Position numbers and translations under genes: made by a program
Part shown: positions 42,613 through 55,517 of the stretch, in pieces
Position numbering within the stretch: position 1 is the stretch's first letter
Layout of the letters: each line of letters opens with the position of its first letter
Notes under the pieces: model-generated
Seen by the model: the letters and a program-made list of their open reading frames with translations, nothing else
What the model was told of the DNA's origin: nothing
The model's database searches: none
NCBI GenBank assembly: GCA_963806855.1
Contig: CAWDYW010000003.1
Span: 542,129-606,128 of the forward strand
Direction of reading: 5' to 3'
Length of the DNA: 64,000 nt
Origin: an uncultured Verrucomicrobiae bacterium
Lineage (GTDB): Bacteria; Chlamydiota; Chlamydiia; Chlamydiales; Rhabdochlamydiaceae

Positions 42613-44031
42613 ACTATATAACACTGAAACACGTCAAAAAGAGGATATTGTCCCAATCAAGGACAAACAAATCCGGCTATACACTTGTGGCCCAACGGTT
42701 TACAACTATGCCCATATCGGCAATTTCCGCACCTACGTCTTCGAAGATCTGCTCCGCCGCACCCTCAAATATTTTGGATTTCAAGTGATCCAAGTCCAAA
42801 ACATCACCGACATCGATGATAAAACCCTCGCGGGCGCACTCCACGAAAAGAAAAAGTTGAGAGAATACACCGACCCCTATGCTCAAGCTTTTTTCGATGA
42901 CCTCCATACACTCCACATTGAACCGGCCGAGCACTACCCCCATGCGACCGATTATATCCCCCAAATGATCGAGCTGATCCAAAAATTGATCGACAAAGGG
43001 CTCGCCTACCGCGGGGCAGATGAGAGCATCTACTATTCGATCCAAAAGTTCCCCCGTTATGGCCGCCTTTCTCATCTCAATATGGATGAGCTGAGGGCGG
43101 GAGCCTCTCGCCGAGTCGGAACCGATGAATATGACAAAGAAAATGTCTGCCGATTTCGTCCTCTGGAAAGCCTACGACTATCAGCGAGACGGGCAGATCT
43201 TTTGGGAGAGCCCCTTTGGCAAAGGGCGGCCCGGCTGGCATATCGAATGCTCCGCCATGGCCATGAGCCTGCTCGGCGAGACAATCGATATCCACGTCGG
43301 CGGCGTCGACAACATGTTTCCCCACCATGAAAATGAAATCGCCCAATCGGAAGGGTGCACCGGCAAAATGTTTTGTCAAACATTGGCTCCATGCTGAGCA
43401 CCTGCTCGTCGATCACAGAAAAATGTCTAAAAGCCTCGGCAATTTCTACACCCTGCGTGACCTGCTCAAAAAAGGGTATACAGGGACAGAGGTGCGGATG
43501 CTCCTCCTCAGCGCCCACTACCGAACCCAGCTCAACTTCACCATGGAAGGGCTCGACGCCGCTCGGACTACCCTTGAGCGACTGGCCGATTTTGTAGATA
43601 GGCTAAAAGCGATCACCCAGAAGGATGCAGGAGGAGAGATAGAGCCTCTGATTGCCACTACGCGCCAGTCCTTCAAAGATGCGCTCGCCGACGACCTCAA
43701 TATCTCCCAAGCCTTCGCCGCCCTTTTCGAGTTTGTCCGCAAAGTCAACCAGCTCTGCGACAGCAATAAAGTAGGTGGTGAAGAGGCGAAAAAAGCCCTT
43801 GCATTTTTGAAAGAGCTCGACCAGGTGCTCGCCATCATTCCCTTTAAGAGAAAAGAGCTTGAGATACCCGAGGAATTGGTCAAAGCCCTAGAGCAAAGAG
43901 AACAAGCCCGCCTAACTAAAAACTGGGCCGAAGCCGACAAGCAGCGGGCGATCATCACTGCTGCAGGCTATCTGATCGAAGACACCCCCTCTGGCTCCCG
44001 TCTGAAAAAAAATGAATCAAAAAAAGACTAG
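42608..44031 (+). pseudogene. cysS: cysteine--tRNA ligase, reading frame broken twice (pseudogene or sequencing error)
   Basis: Three consecutive ORFs (42608, 43125, 43327) carry HIGN, then DFVLWK...[12 protein letters not shown]...[10 protein letters not shown], then WLH...KMSKSLGNF. The frame changes at an A4 run (43140-43143) and a T4 run (43371-43374). Confidence 0.85.
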
Positions 44032-44263
44032 CAAAGAAGAACTTTACCTTTCCAAACTCTATGAGTTTGCCTCTGCAAAGGGGAATCCACAAGCCGAAGT
44101 CGACCGATATAAGGTGGGCGAAGCCAATGGAGTGAATAATAAAGCGATCGATAACATCGTACAGGTTCTGACCAAAAACGGCCTAATCTGGAAGAGCGAT
44201 GAGAAAATGATCCATCTGACCGATTTCGGGCTTAGATTCGTAAAAGAAAATTTACTGTCTTGA
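44012..44263 (+). CDS. hypothetical small protein (83 aa)
   Basis: The ORF overlaps the cysS stop by 20 nt. It has no recognised motif and is possibly a small helical DNA-binding fold. Confidence 0.4.
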   Translation: MNQKKTSKEELYLSKLYEFASAKGNPQAEVDRYKVGEANGVNNKAIDNIVQVLTKNGLIWKSDEKMIHLTDFGLRFVKENLLS

Positions 44264-44301
44264 ATTTTCATCATCATAGACATTATAGTTGTATAAACTA
44301 G

Positions 44302-46604
<2,303 letters not shown>

Positions 46605-46606
46605 TT

Positions 46607-46708
46607 AAACGCAAAGATGCTTTAGTTGAGGTTTTTTTCAACGCAAAGACGCAGGAAAAAGAAAAAATATTTTTTTTTGCGTCTTTGCGCCTTTGCGTCT
46701 TCGCGTTG
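46607..46708. repeat. octamer-repeat hairpin (gene-less copy) between convergent genes
   Basis: AAACGCAAAGATGC, then TCAACGCAAAGACGC, an A/T loop, and a full 30-nt right arm GCGTCTTTGCGCCTTTGCGTCTTCGCGTTG. It is the same element family as 24271-24722. Confidence 0.85.
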
Positions 46709-46716
46709 AAAATGTC

Positions 46717-47310
46717 TTACTTGACAATCCCGGAAGCTACAAGAGCCTGGTAGTGGGTGGGGTTTTTCTGGGAGAGGAACTCGATCAGTTTGGCTTTGAT
46801 CGGGCGGCCGTAGTCGAGGCCTAATCGCTGGATGAACCTGTTGATCGATTCTTCAGCTTGGGGAATTTTGCTCATGCTGGTCACCATCAGTTCGATTTCG
46901 GCGGTGCGGTAGATGAAATCGTCGAAATAGGCGAGGTCTAAATCGATGGTGAATTCTTCGATCTGATACTTGCGGCGGACGGTTTGGAAGGTGGCGTAAG
47001 GGAAGATTTTCGCATTCACAAGCGCTTTGGTGAGGTCTTTTTCCTTCTCGAGCCCAAGTTTCTGTAGGATTTGCGATTCGTCTGTTACTTCTTCGTAACG
47101 GTCGATCTCTCCCTTCAATCCATTGATGCCCACTTTGAGCTCGAAGCGGCACTCACGCTCGCGGAGCCAGATATCGCTCGTTGTATAACGAAAATCGGAG
47201 GTATCAAAATAGGTATCGGTCAAGATGCGAGAGCCAAGGAATTTCCCCACTCGCTCAATGGCTTTGAGGTCGGCTTCTTTTAGGGCAATCTTCTTTTCTA
47301 CTTCGATCAT
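46717..47310 (-). CDS. CYTH-domain protein (triphosphate tunnel metalloenzyme family)
   Basis: It starts MIEVEKKIAL, which is the ExExK signature of CYTH domains, and has later acidic/basic strand motifs (RFELK, EIELMV). The start is set at 47310. Confidence 0.65.
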   Translation of the reverse strand: MIEVEKKIALKEADLKAIERVGKFLGSRILTDTYFDTSDFRYTTSDIWLRERECRFELKVGINGLKGEIDRYEEVTDESQILQKLGLEKEKDLTKALVNAKIFPYATFQTVRRKYQIEEFTIDLDLAYFDDFIYRTAEIELMVTSMSKIPQAEESINRFIQRLGLDYGRPIKAKLIEFLSQKNPTHYQALVASGIVK

Positions 47311-47405
47311 GCAAAGTATCATAACTGTTTTTGGGATTTTTCCTTGAATATTTTTTTCATTTAGATGTAAAATTTTCGGTATCAAAGCAAAACAGGAGAA
47401 AGCAA

Positions 47406-47858
47406 ATGGCGTATATTGAGTTTAGAGGACAAAAATTTAACTTTGAAGATATAGCACGGTTTTTCAATGGGACACCGAAAGAAGAAAAATCTAAGGAGGT
47501 TGATCCTTCAGAAGAAAAGGTCAGAGAAGATGTAGGGGAATTCTATCTCATTTCTCGCGATTTCTTTACAGTCGACCTCAATGAGTTCACAGATAAATAT
47601 CCGTTCATTTCAGCCGTAGCCGCGTTTGCTCTTGGCTTCTTTGCCTTAATGAACGTGCTTAGTCTTTCTCTTACGAATATTGCGACAGGGGCCTTCTTAG
47701 GAGTCCTCGCTGTGGCCCTAGGTAAGAGCCTTTGGAGAATGGAAAATGTGTTCTCGAGAGTTTGGACCAATGCATTCAATGCAACCAAAGCTCCCGAGGA
47801 ACAAGAGGAAGATGAGCTAGAGCCAGCTCAGCCTGCAAATCCATCAAGAAAGGTTTAA
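47406..47858 (+). CDS. hypothetical membrane protein (two adjacent hydrophobic helices)
   Basis: ATG 47406 is preceded by AGGAGAAAG. It has a central hydrophobic hairpin (ISAVAAFALGFFALMNVLSL...GAFLGVLAVALG) and an acidic tail. Confidence 0.5.
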   Translation: MAYIEFRGQKFNFEDIARFFNGTPKEEKSKEVDPSEEKVREDVGEFYLISRDFFTVDLNEFTDKYPFISAVAAFALGFFALMNVLSLSLTNIATGAFLGVLAVALGKSLWRMENVFSRVWTNAFNATKAPEEQEEDELEPAQPANPSRKV

Positions 47859-50079
47859 AAATAGGTCGTCAAGGGGTCGACATCAACCGAAAGGCGAATG
47901 TCCCCCTTCTTTCCAAATTGGGTCCGAAGGGTCTGCACATGACTCAGGATTTGTTGGACTTTCTCCACTTTGATTAAGCATTGAAAGCGGTAGTTGCCTT
48001 TGATTTTCGAATACCCACAAGGAATTACGGGGTTGATCTCGACGTTCGAGGGCAGGTGATCGATCAGCAGCTGCCGAAATTTCTTACCTTGGGCTTCGCA
48101 GAGGGCCATATCGCTGCCTGAGAAGGAGAATTTGATCAGGTGGGTATAGGGGGGAAGCCGAAGAGCTGGCGCACTTGGATCTCTTCATCATAAAATGCTT
48201 CAAAATCTTGTTTCGCAGCAAAGGCGATAATCGAATGGTCGGGCAATTGGGTCTGGATCACCACTTCGCCTCGGAGTTCGCCTCTGCCTGCCCGGCCGGC
48301 CACCTGGGTGAGGAGCTGGAAGACGTTTTCGCTGGCGCGGAAGTCGGGAATGTTCAGGCTTCCATCGAGGCCGATGACTCCGACGAGGGTGACGAGGGGA
48401 AAGTGGAGCCCTTTGGCTATCATTTGTGTTCCGATCAAGACATCGGCTTTTCCCGACCGAAATTCTTTAAAGATCTTTTCATGGCTCCCTTTGTGGCGGG
48501 TGGTATCGGCATCAAGGCGTAAGGTCCGGATGGTTGGGAAGAGGGCATGAAGGGCTCTTTCGACCATTTCGGTTCCTGCCCCTTTGAATTTCAGGGGACC
48601 GTCGGCATGGCACTCGGGGCAGCTGGAGGGAGGGGCTTGCCTGAAGTCGCACAGGTGGCAGGCGAGGATTTTTTCGCCGAGGTGATAGGTGAGGCTCAGC
48701 TCGCAGTGGGGGCAGCCGACGACATAGGAGCAAAGAGGGCACTGGGCTGCGGTGTGATAGCCCCGCCGATTGAGGAAGAGGAGGGTTTGCTCTCCTTTCT
48801 CTAGCCGCTTTTTGATGCCGGTGAGCAGATGATCGGAGAAGAGGGTGAACCCTTTATTTTTTTCAAATTCATGGCGCATGTCGACCACTTTTACATCTGG
48901 TAAAACCGCTTTGTCGGCCCTTTGAAGGAGTTTGTGCAACTGGTATTTGCCATTCATGGCGTTAAAGTAGCTTTCAAGGCACGGCGTTGCGCTGCCGAGG
49001 ATGACAGGACACTTGGTCAATTGCCCGCGGAGGACGGCTACATCGCGCGCATGGTACTTGGGGGTTTCATCGCTCTGCTTGTAGGAGGCCTCATGCTCTT
49101 CATCGACGATGATCATCCCTAGGTGGGGGACTGGGCTAAAGATGGCTGATCTAGCGCCGATCACAATGGTTGCCAGGCCGCTCCGAATTTTATGCCAGGC
49201 ATCAAACCTCTCGCCGCTAGAGAGGCGGTGGTGCAAGATGGCGATTTTTTCCCCGCCGAATCGTCCTTTAAATCGCTCGATGGTCTGCGAGGTGAGGGCA
49301 ATCTCGGGGACGAGGTAGATGATCCCTTTCCCTTGCTTGAGAACCTCGTCGATCGCCTGCAAGTAGACTTCGGTTTTGCCGCTGCCTGTCACTCCATGGA
49401 TCAGGTGGGTTTGGAAGGTGCCGCAGGTGCTTAGAATCGCCTCGAGGGTCTGTTTTTGCTCGGGGTTGAGGTTTTTTCTCTTGGTGGGGAAAAATTCATG
49501 TTCAAAAATCGGCGATCGATCGACCCGCACCTCTTGTACTTGGAGGATTTGGTGAGCTTGAAGGGTTTTGATCGGGCTTTGGGAGACGCCGCTTTTCTCT
49601 AGGATTTCGCTCAAAAAAAGGCCTTTGGGAGATTCGAGAAGCTGATCGAGTACTTTGGCTTGCGCGGGGTGTTTGAGCCGCAATTCTTCGCACAGTACCC
49701 TCATTTTTTCTTGGGAAAGGAGCGGTTTGACGAAGCATTGGGTCTTGTGTTTGCTCTTTTCATCGCGAAGGGATGGGGTCAGGATGGTCTTGAGCACTTT
49801 GCTAAGTGGCGCGCTATAGTATTTTGCGATCCAGCTAGCCAATTTAAATAGCTCTGGAGAAATCAGCGGCTCTTCGCTCAAAAGCTCGCAGAGCGATTTA
49901 ACCGAGGAGAAGGGGCTGTGGTTTTTTAGGGCCAAAATTGTCCCTTTGGCCGTTTTGCCGCGCAGGGGAACGAGTACCCGCATTCCGACTTTCAGATGCT
50001 CCATGCCGCTTGGGACAGCGTAATCGAGCGCTCCTTCAATCGAGCTATCTAGGATGACTTCGGCGAAAGATGATTGCAT
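47855..50079 (-). pseudogene. priA: primosomal protein N' (PriA helicase), one frameshift near the C-terminus (pseudogene or sequencing error)
   Basis: Walker A GVTGSGKTEVY, DEEH box IVDEEHE, and a Cys4 zinc module. The 647-aa ORF stops after FGFPPIPT. Adding one C to the C6 run (48149-48154) restores FGFPPYTHLIKF and joins it to ORF 47855..48109. Confidence 0.85.
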
Positions 50080-50573
50080 ATTGTGGACCAGAGCAGTTTT
50101 TTCTGCTCGGTATTGTTCTGATATGTGGCAATAGATTCAAGGAGAATTTTCCTTTTCGCGGGCACCTCTCGCTGAGAAATGACCAGTTCAAATTGATCCC
50201 AGTTTTCCACATCACCCTGAATCATTTTGACTGGGCAATGGTGTTTTTCAATGGCATTTTTTAGGTTTTTAAGGAAAGGGAGATCCTCTTGGTTTGCGAC
50301 GACTATCGCCACGCATCTCAGCACGGGGATCGCTGGAATCAGCTGTAGATGGGGCAAATGCTTTCTGATTTTGTCAAGCAGGGAGGGGAGCTCTTTTTTC
50401 GGTGCGGCGGCTACGGGCGATGGGGGCTGTTTCGGTGCTGGCACAGGAGCAGAAGCAGAAGCTTTGGCTCTGATGATGACCGGTTTTACTGGCGGCGGCG
50501 TGGGTGTGACCTTGAGATCCTGCCGCAAAAAGGAGAGGGTGTCGGAGACTAATTGGACAAGATCAGCATTCAT
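50049..50573 (-). CDS. hypothetical protein with Pro/Ala-rich linker
   Basis: An ORF in an operon-like overlap with priA and the upstream ORF. It contains a PTPPPVKP...APVPAPKQPPSP linker and no recognised motif. Confidence 0.45.
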   Translation of the reverse strand: MNADLVQLVSDTLSFLRQDLKVTPTPPPVKPVIIRAKASASAPVPAPKQPPSPVAAAPKKELPSLLDKIRKHLPHLQLIPAIPVLRCVAIVVANQEDLPFLKNLKNAIEKHHCPVKMIQGDVENWDQFELVISQREVPAKRKILLESIATYQNNTEQKKLLWSTICNHLSPKSS

Positions 50574-51180
50574 GATTGGATAGCAACCGTTCAATTTCGG
50601 GAATCAAGGCATTGAATCCTCGATTTTTAAACTCTCGTTGCATCAATTCAGCAAGCGCCCCGAGCCCTTGTGGAGCCATTTTTTTTAAGAGGCTGGTCAA
50701 TTTGCAAGGAGAAGCGAGCTCGTCGATCTCATCCTTGTGCTTCAATAAAAACAGGAGCAGGTGTTCGCTTTGATTGCACCCGATCAAGAAAGGCTCAAGC
50801 AGAGTGTAGAGGAGATTGAGATCGTCAAGCAGATCGCTCTTGCAAATGGGTTCATTTTTTAGTTTCTGCGCGGTCACTTTAGTGAGGATCTCGCTTAAGC
50901 AGATGCGGAATGATGCGATCTCATCTTGAAAATCGGCGAATGCATAGGGCAAGAGCTCGGCATGTTCGCTGATTTTGTTGAGACAACCCACTTCGTAGGA
51001 CCAGTCGTAAGGGAAAAAACAGGCGGGGCTGGAGAAGACAAATTCCAACGGATGATCTTTTTTGTCGGCATCCATCGCATGGAAAAGTTCCGAGAGGATG
51101 AATTGGAGCAGCAGTGGCTGATTGTATCCAACCGTTTTGATCGAGAGGGGGGAGTAAAGGTAAATGTCTGAATATGGCAT
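50563..51180 (-). CDS. hypothetical protein
   Basis: A 205-aa ORF on the same strand as the priA block and overlapping it. No recognised motif. Confidence 0.45.
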   Translation of the reverse strand: MPYSDIYLYSPLSIKTVGYNQPLLLQFILSELFHAMDADKKDHPLEFVFSSPACFFPYDWSYEVGCLNKISEHAELLPYAFADFQDEIASFRICLSEILTKVTAQKLKNEPICKSDLLDDLNLLYTLLEPFLIGCNQSEHLLLFLLKHKDEIDELASPCKLTSLLKKMAPQGLGALAELMQREFKNRGFNALIPEIERLLSNHEC

Positions 51181-51206
51181 ATTTCCTACTAAATCAAAGA
51201 GTCCAA

Positions 51207-52130
51207 TTATTTACCAGAAAAGAGCGCATCGAGATAGGCCTCCTTGTCAAATGGGATCAGATCGTCGATTTTTTCGCCAACGCCAACCCACTGAACCGGG
51301 ATGCCCAATTTTTTATAAATGCTCAGTGCGATTCCCCCCTTCGCCGATCCGTCGAGTTTGGCCAGGATGATGCCAGTCAGCGGTGTGAACGAATGGAAGA
51401 CTTCGGCCTGGTCGACCGCATTTTGCCCCGTCGTCGCATCGAGAACAAGGAGGGTTTGATGGGGCGCATCGGGGACCACTTTTTGAATCACCCGCTGCAC
51501 CTTTTCCAGTTCTCGCATCAGGTCCGTTTTGTTTTGCAGCCGCCCAGCCGTGTCGATGAGGAGGGTGTCGATCCCGCGCGCTTTGGCTGCTGAGACCGCA
51601 TCGAACGCCACTGCCGCCGGATCGCCGCCAGGTGTCGATTTGATGATGGGGATCCCGAGCCGCTGGGCCCAAGTAGCAAGTTGGTCGATCGCAGCCGCCC
51701 GGAAAGTATCTCCCGCCGCGAGCATGACGTTTTGCCCATCTTCCTTGAGGATATTCGCGAGTTTGGCGATGCTGGTCGTTTTGCCGCTCCCATTGACCCC
51801 AACGATCAAAATGACCTGGGGATTTCCTTTTTTGGGCAGGACTTTTGGGGGAACTTCCATCATCTCTAGGCAGATGCTGCGGAGGAAAGAGAGGATCTCT
51901 TCGGTTGTCGCTTCCCGATTTTTTTTCAGGAAGAGTTTGGTTTCAGCTACAAGCTCTTCGGCGCAAGCGGTTCCGAGATCCGCCTCATAGAAGATTTGCT
52001 CGAGTGAATCGAAGGTCTCCTCATTGAATGGCTTCTGGAAAAGGGTCATGATCCGTCCCGAAATCAGGGAGCGGGTCTTCGTGAGGGCCTGGCGGATCTT
52101 AGAGAAACGGTCTTTTAAAAACTTAAACAT
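51207..52130 (-). CDS. ftsY: signal recognition particle receptor FtsY
   Basis: NG domain motifs GVNGSGKTTSIAKLA, DTAGR and AKLDGSAKGG. The start is set at MFKFLKDRF (52130); the longer track ORF would run into the divergent sucC gene. Confidence 0.9.
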   Translation of the reverse strand: MFKFLKDRFSKIRQALTKTRSLISGRIMTLFQKPFNEETFDSLEQIFYEADLGTACAEELVAETKLFLKKNREATTEEILSFLRSICLEMMEVPPKVLPKKGNPQVILIVGVNGSGKTTSIAKLANILKEDGQNVMLAAGDTFRAAAIDQLATWAQRLGIPIIKSTPGGDPAAVAFDAVSAAKARGIDTLLIDTAGRLQNKTDLMRELEKVQRVIQKVVPDAPHQTLLVLDATTGQNAVDQAEVFHSFTPLTGIILAKLDGSAKGGIALSIYKKLGIPVQWVGVGEKIDDLIPFDKEAYLDALFSGK

Positions 52131-52188
52131 ATGATGGCTTGCGAAAAGCAATTCTATCAGATATAGAGATTGAAAAGAAGGAAAACCA

Positions 52189-53349
52189 ATGAATACCCAC
52201 GAGTACCAAGCCAAAGAGATTTTGATGGAATATGGGATCCCTATCCCCGATTTCGGCGTCGCTTCGAATGACAATGAGGTCGATGGGGTGATCGATGACC
52301 TGGATCTGACCGAGGCGGTCATCAAAATTCAGGTCCACGCCGGAGGACGAGGCAAAGGTGGGGGAGTGAAATTTGCCAAGAGCCCGAAAGAGATCAGAGA
52401 GATCTCTGCTAAGCTGCTCGGAATGAAACTAGTCAATAACCAAACAGGTCCTCAAGGAGTGATCGCCCATCAGGTGCTCATTTCGCGGCCTGCCGAGATC
52501 AAAAAAGAGTACTATATTGGGGCCATCATCGACCGAGAGCGGGCCCGTCCCGTGCTGATCGCCTCGCCCGAAGGAGGGATGGAGATCGAAGAGATCGCCG
52601 CGAAGACTCCAGAGAAGATATTGACGCTGCCCATTGGGCTCGATGGTTCGCTTAAGCCCTACCATGCTCTGCGGCTGACCAATTTCATGGGCTGGAAAAA
52701 AGATCAGGCGAAGATGGGGAGAAAAATCGCTCAGGGACTCGCCAAGGCATTCATCGAGACCGACGCCTCGCTGCTGGAAATCAATCCGCTGATCACCACG
52801 CCGCAAGGGGAGCTTTATGCCCTCGATGCCAAACTCTCAGTCGACGACAATGCTCTGTTTCGACAACAAGAGATCGCCTCCTTCTACGATCCGACTCAAG
52901 TTTCAAAGAGCGAAGTGGCCGCCAAGCAGTTCGATTTGGCCTATATCGCTCTCGACGGCAATATCGGCTGCATGGTCAATGGGGCTGGGCTGGCGATGGC
53001 GACGATGGACATTATCCACTACTATGGGGGCCATCCTGCCAACTTCCTCGACGTCGGCGGAGGCGCATCGAAAGAAAAGGTCGCCGAAGGGTTTAAAATC
53101 ATCCTCTCCGATCCGAAAGTGAAAGCGATCTTGGTCAACATCTTTGGCGGGATCATGGACTGTGCCGTGCTGGCCGAAGGGATCATCGCCGCCGCGCGCG
53201 ATTTTGCAATCAAAGTGCCCCTCGTCGTGCGGATGGAGGGGACCAACGTCGATCAGGGGAGAAAGCTCTTGCGAGATTCAGGATTGGCGATCCTTGCTGC
53301 GACCGGGCTGGCAGATGCTGCTGAAAAAGTTGTAGCGGCGGGGAAATAG
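52189..53349 (+). CDS. sucC: succinate--CoA ligase subunit beta
   Basis: [12 protein letters not shown] start, an ATP-grasp domain, and C-terminal NIFGGIMDC. Confidence 0.95.
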   Translation: MNTHEYQAKEILMEYGIPIPDFGVASNDNEVDGVIDDLDLTEAVIKIQVHAGGRGKGGGVKFAKSPKEIREISAKLLGMKLVNNQTGPQGVIAHQVLISRPAEIKKEYYIGAIIDRERARPVLIASPEGGMEIEEIAAKTPEKILTLPIGLDGSLKPYHALRLTNFMGWKKDQAKMGRKIAQGLAKAFIETDASLLEINPLITTPQGELYALDAKLSVDDNALFRQQEIASFYDPTQVSKSEVAAKQFDLAYIALDGNIGCMVNGAGLAMATMDIIHYYGGHPANFLDVGGGASKEKVAEGFKIILSDPKVKAILVNIFGGIMDCAVLAEGIIAAARDFAIKVPLVVRMEGTNVDQGRKLLRDSGLAILAATGLADAAEKVVAAGK

Positions 53350-53350
53350 A

Positions 53351-54235
53351 ATGTCGATTCTCATTGGAAAGAAAACCAAAATCATCACTCAGGGACTCAC
53401 CGGGCAAGCAGGCCGCTTCCACACCGAACAGTCGATGGCTTATGGCTCCCATTTTGTCGGGGGCGTCACTCCGGGCAAAGGGGGCGAGAGCGTCTTGGAT
53501 CTGCCCATTTTCGACACCGTCTATGAGGCCAAAAAACAGACCCACTGCAACGCCTCGCTGATTTTTGTTCCAGCTCCTTTTGCCGCCGATGCGATTTTAG
53601 AGGCAGAAGATGCGGGAGTCGAGTTGATCGTCTGCATCACGGAAGGGATTCCAGTGCGCGATATGCTCGAAGTGAGCCGGGTGATGAGCATGAGCAAAAC
53701 CTCCCGCTTGATTGGCCCAAATTGTCCTGGCGTGATTACGGTCGGAGAATGTAAAATGGGGATCATGCCTGGTTACATTCACAAAAAAGGGAAAGTGGGG
53801 ATCGTTTCTAAGTCGGGAACACTGACTTACGAAGCTGTTTGGCAGACATCAGAAATGGGCCTGGGACAGACCACCTGCGTCGGAATCGGCGGCGACCCGC
53901 TCAATGGAACCGACTTCATCGATGTGCTCGAACTCTTCGAGAAGGATCCCGAAACCAAAGCGATATTGCTCATCGGGGAAATCGGCGGCAGCGCTGAAGA
54001 GCAGGCTGCAGAGTGGATCAAAAAAAATGGAACCAAACCGGTGGCTGCCTTCATCGCCGGCGTCACCGCACCTCCAGGAAGAAGAATGGGACATGCTGGA
54101 GCGATTGTCTCTGGTGGCCAAGGGACCGCGCAAGGAAAAATGGAAGCGCTCAAAAAAGCGGGCGTCGTCGTCGCTGAGTCTCCAGCCGATATGGGTCTCG
54201 CGATGCAAAAAGCGATCGAAAGGTTCAAAAAATGA
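53351..54235 (+). CDS. sucD: succinate--CoA ligase subunit alpha
   Basis: [22 protein letters not shown] and the phosphohistidine loop [10 protein letters not shown]. Confidence 0.95.
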   Translation: MSILIGKKTKIITQGLTGQAGRFHTEQSMAYGSHFVGGVTPGKGGESVLDLPIFDTVYEAKKQTHCNASLIFVPAPFAADAILEAEDAGVELIVCITEGIPVRDMLEVSRVMSMSKTSRLIGPNCPGVITVGECKMGIMPGYIHKKGKVGIVSKSGTLTYEAVWQTSEMGLGQTTCVGIGGDPLNGTDFIDVLELFEKDPETKAILLIGEIGGSAEEQAAEWIKKNGTKPVAAFIAGVTAPPGRRMGHAGAIVSGGQGTAQGKMEALKKAGVVVAESPADMGLAMQKAIERFKK

Positions 54236-55374
54236 TCCATATTCCTGGGAAGATTCCCATTACTATCCATTTTCTTTTTTGGATCACAGCGGCGCTCATC
54301 GGCTTCCTCAATAGCGGCACCTGGCTTGGCACGCTGATTTGGATCTTCGTCATTTTGGTCTCCGTCCTCATTCACGAAATGGGACACGCCACTACTGCTG
54401 TTTTCTTCGGACTGCAACCCCGTATTGAACTCGTTGCGCTCGGAGGACTCACCTACCACCAAGGGGATCGACTTCCCTTCTGGAAACAGTTTTTCATCGT
54501 ACTTAATGGCCCCGTCTTTGGCTTTCTCCTCTTTCTCGTCGCCTGGGGATTGTTGAAGTTTGTCGCTTTACCAGTGGGCGTATTTAGCAGCGCCGTCAAC
54601 CTCTTCTTCTGGGTTAACCTTATTTGGACCGTCTTAAATCTCATTCCGGTGATGCCACTCGACGGAGGACAGCTCTTGCGCATCGTCATGGAGTCTTTCT
54701 TCGGCGCAAAGGGCTTCCGCTATAGCCTCGTGATCGGAATGGTGATCGCCGGCGTGATTAGCCTCACCTTTTTTCTCTACCAGCAATTTTTAATCGGCGC
54801 CCTCTTCTTTCTCTTCGCCTTTCAGAGTTGGGATATGTTCCGCCGCCTCAAATTGCTCTCCAATGAAGACCGAAGCGACCGCTTCAAAGCTGCCCTCGGA
54901 GAAGCTGAACGGAATTTGCAGGAAGGAGAGAAGGATAAAGCCCTCTTTGCTTTCGAGCGGATCCGCAATGAAGCCAAGCAGGGGATGATCCATATGCTTG
55001 CGACCCAATATGTCGCCTTTCTTAAATACGATCTTGGCAAAGTCAAAGATGCCTACGATCTGCTCCTGCCCTTGCGCTCGGAGATATCACCTGAATCACT
55101 CTGCCTCTTGCACAAGGCGGCCTATGAGGTGGGCGATTACTTCCTAGTCGAACAGATCGGGCCAGACTGCTTCCAACTCCTTCCGAGCAAAGAGATTGCC
55201 CTCCGTAATGCCCTCGCCTGCGCCATGCAAGGAAAGGCCAAGCCGGCCGTCGGATGGCTAGAAACCTCATTCCAAGAGGGGCTCGAGGATATCCCCACCC
55301 TGGTCAAAGGGAAGGAATTCGATCCTATTCGGGAATCCACTTATTTCCAGCAATTTATGAAGAACCATTCATAA
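54232..55374 (+). CDS. M50 family site-2 metalloprotease with a C-terminal helical-repeat domain
   Basis: HEMGH in a TM helix, [11 protein letters not shown], and a soluble C-terminal half of about 170 aa. Confidence 0.8.
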   Translation: MIHIPGKIPITIHFLFWITAALIGFLNSGTWLGTLIWIFVILVSVLIHEMGHATTAVFFGLQPRIELVALGGLTYHQGDRLPFWKQFFIVLNGPVFGFLLFLVAWGLLKFVALPVGVFSSAVNLFFWVNLIWTVLNLIPVMPLDGGQLLRIVMESFFGAKGFRYSLVIGMVIAGVISLTFFLYQQFLIGALFFLFAFQSWDMFRRLKLLSNEDRSDRFKAALGEAERNLQEGEKDKALFAFERIRNEAKQGMIHMLATQYVAFLKYDLGKVKDAYDLLLPLRSEISPESLCLLHKAAYEVGDYFLVEQIGPDCFQLLPSKEIALRNALACAMQGKAKPAVGWLETSFQEGLEDIPTLVKGKEFDPIRESTYFQQFMKNHS

Positions 55375-55464
55375 ATAGATCCCACAAGTCAGGACGACGT
55401 GAACGTTAGCGTTTGCGGTGCTTCCCCGACTCTGTGGTAAATTAATTTATATCAACGCTATAAC

Positions 55465-55493
55465 TTGAGCATAATCCTAAAATTTGGTAAAAT
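55465..55493 (+). promoter_or_regulatory. candidate promoter TTGAGC-17nt-TAAAAT for the small-membrane-protein cluster
   Basis: The hexamers are spaced 17 nt apart, followed by the Shine-Dalgarno-like TAAGAGGGA 6 nt before ATG 55518. A degraded copy of the same stretch recurs at 57016-57044. Confidence 0.35.
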
Positions 55494-55517
55494 ATTTAGA
55501 TACCTAAGAGGGATATA

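Noticed and set aside
46638-46709. Interpreting the octamer hairpins as canonical rho-independent terminators.
   Set aside because: Neither strand has a U-tract 3' of the stem; the T-run is 5' and the A-run 3'. They may still affect transcription, but the sequence does not fit the intrinsic-terminator model.
52131-52325. The N-terminal extension of ftsY (track start 52325).
   Set aside because: It runs across the divergent sucC start and its upstream region and has no FtsY-like sequence. MFKFLKDRFSKI at 52130 matches the usual short FtsY N-terminus.
55381-55437. A structured 57-nt hairpin after the M50 gene, considered as a possible 4.5S/SRP RNA because of GTCAGG and GGGGAAGCA-like strings.
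   Set aside because: The conserved domain IV core (GGAA tetraloop flanked by AGG/AGCA symmetric loop sequences) cannot be reconstructed. It is more likely a terminator-like stem, and it is deleted in the duplicated copy at 57015.
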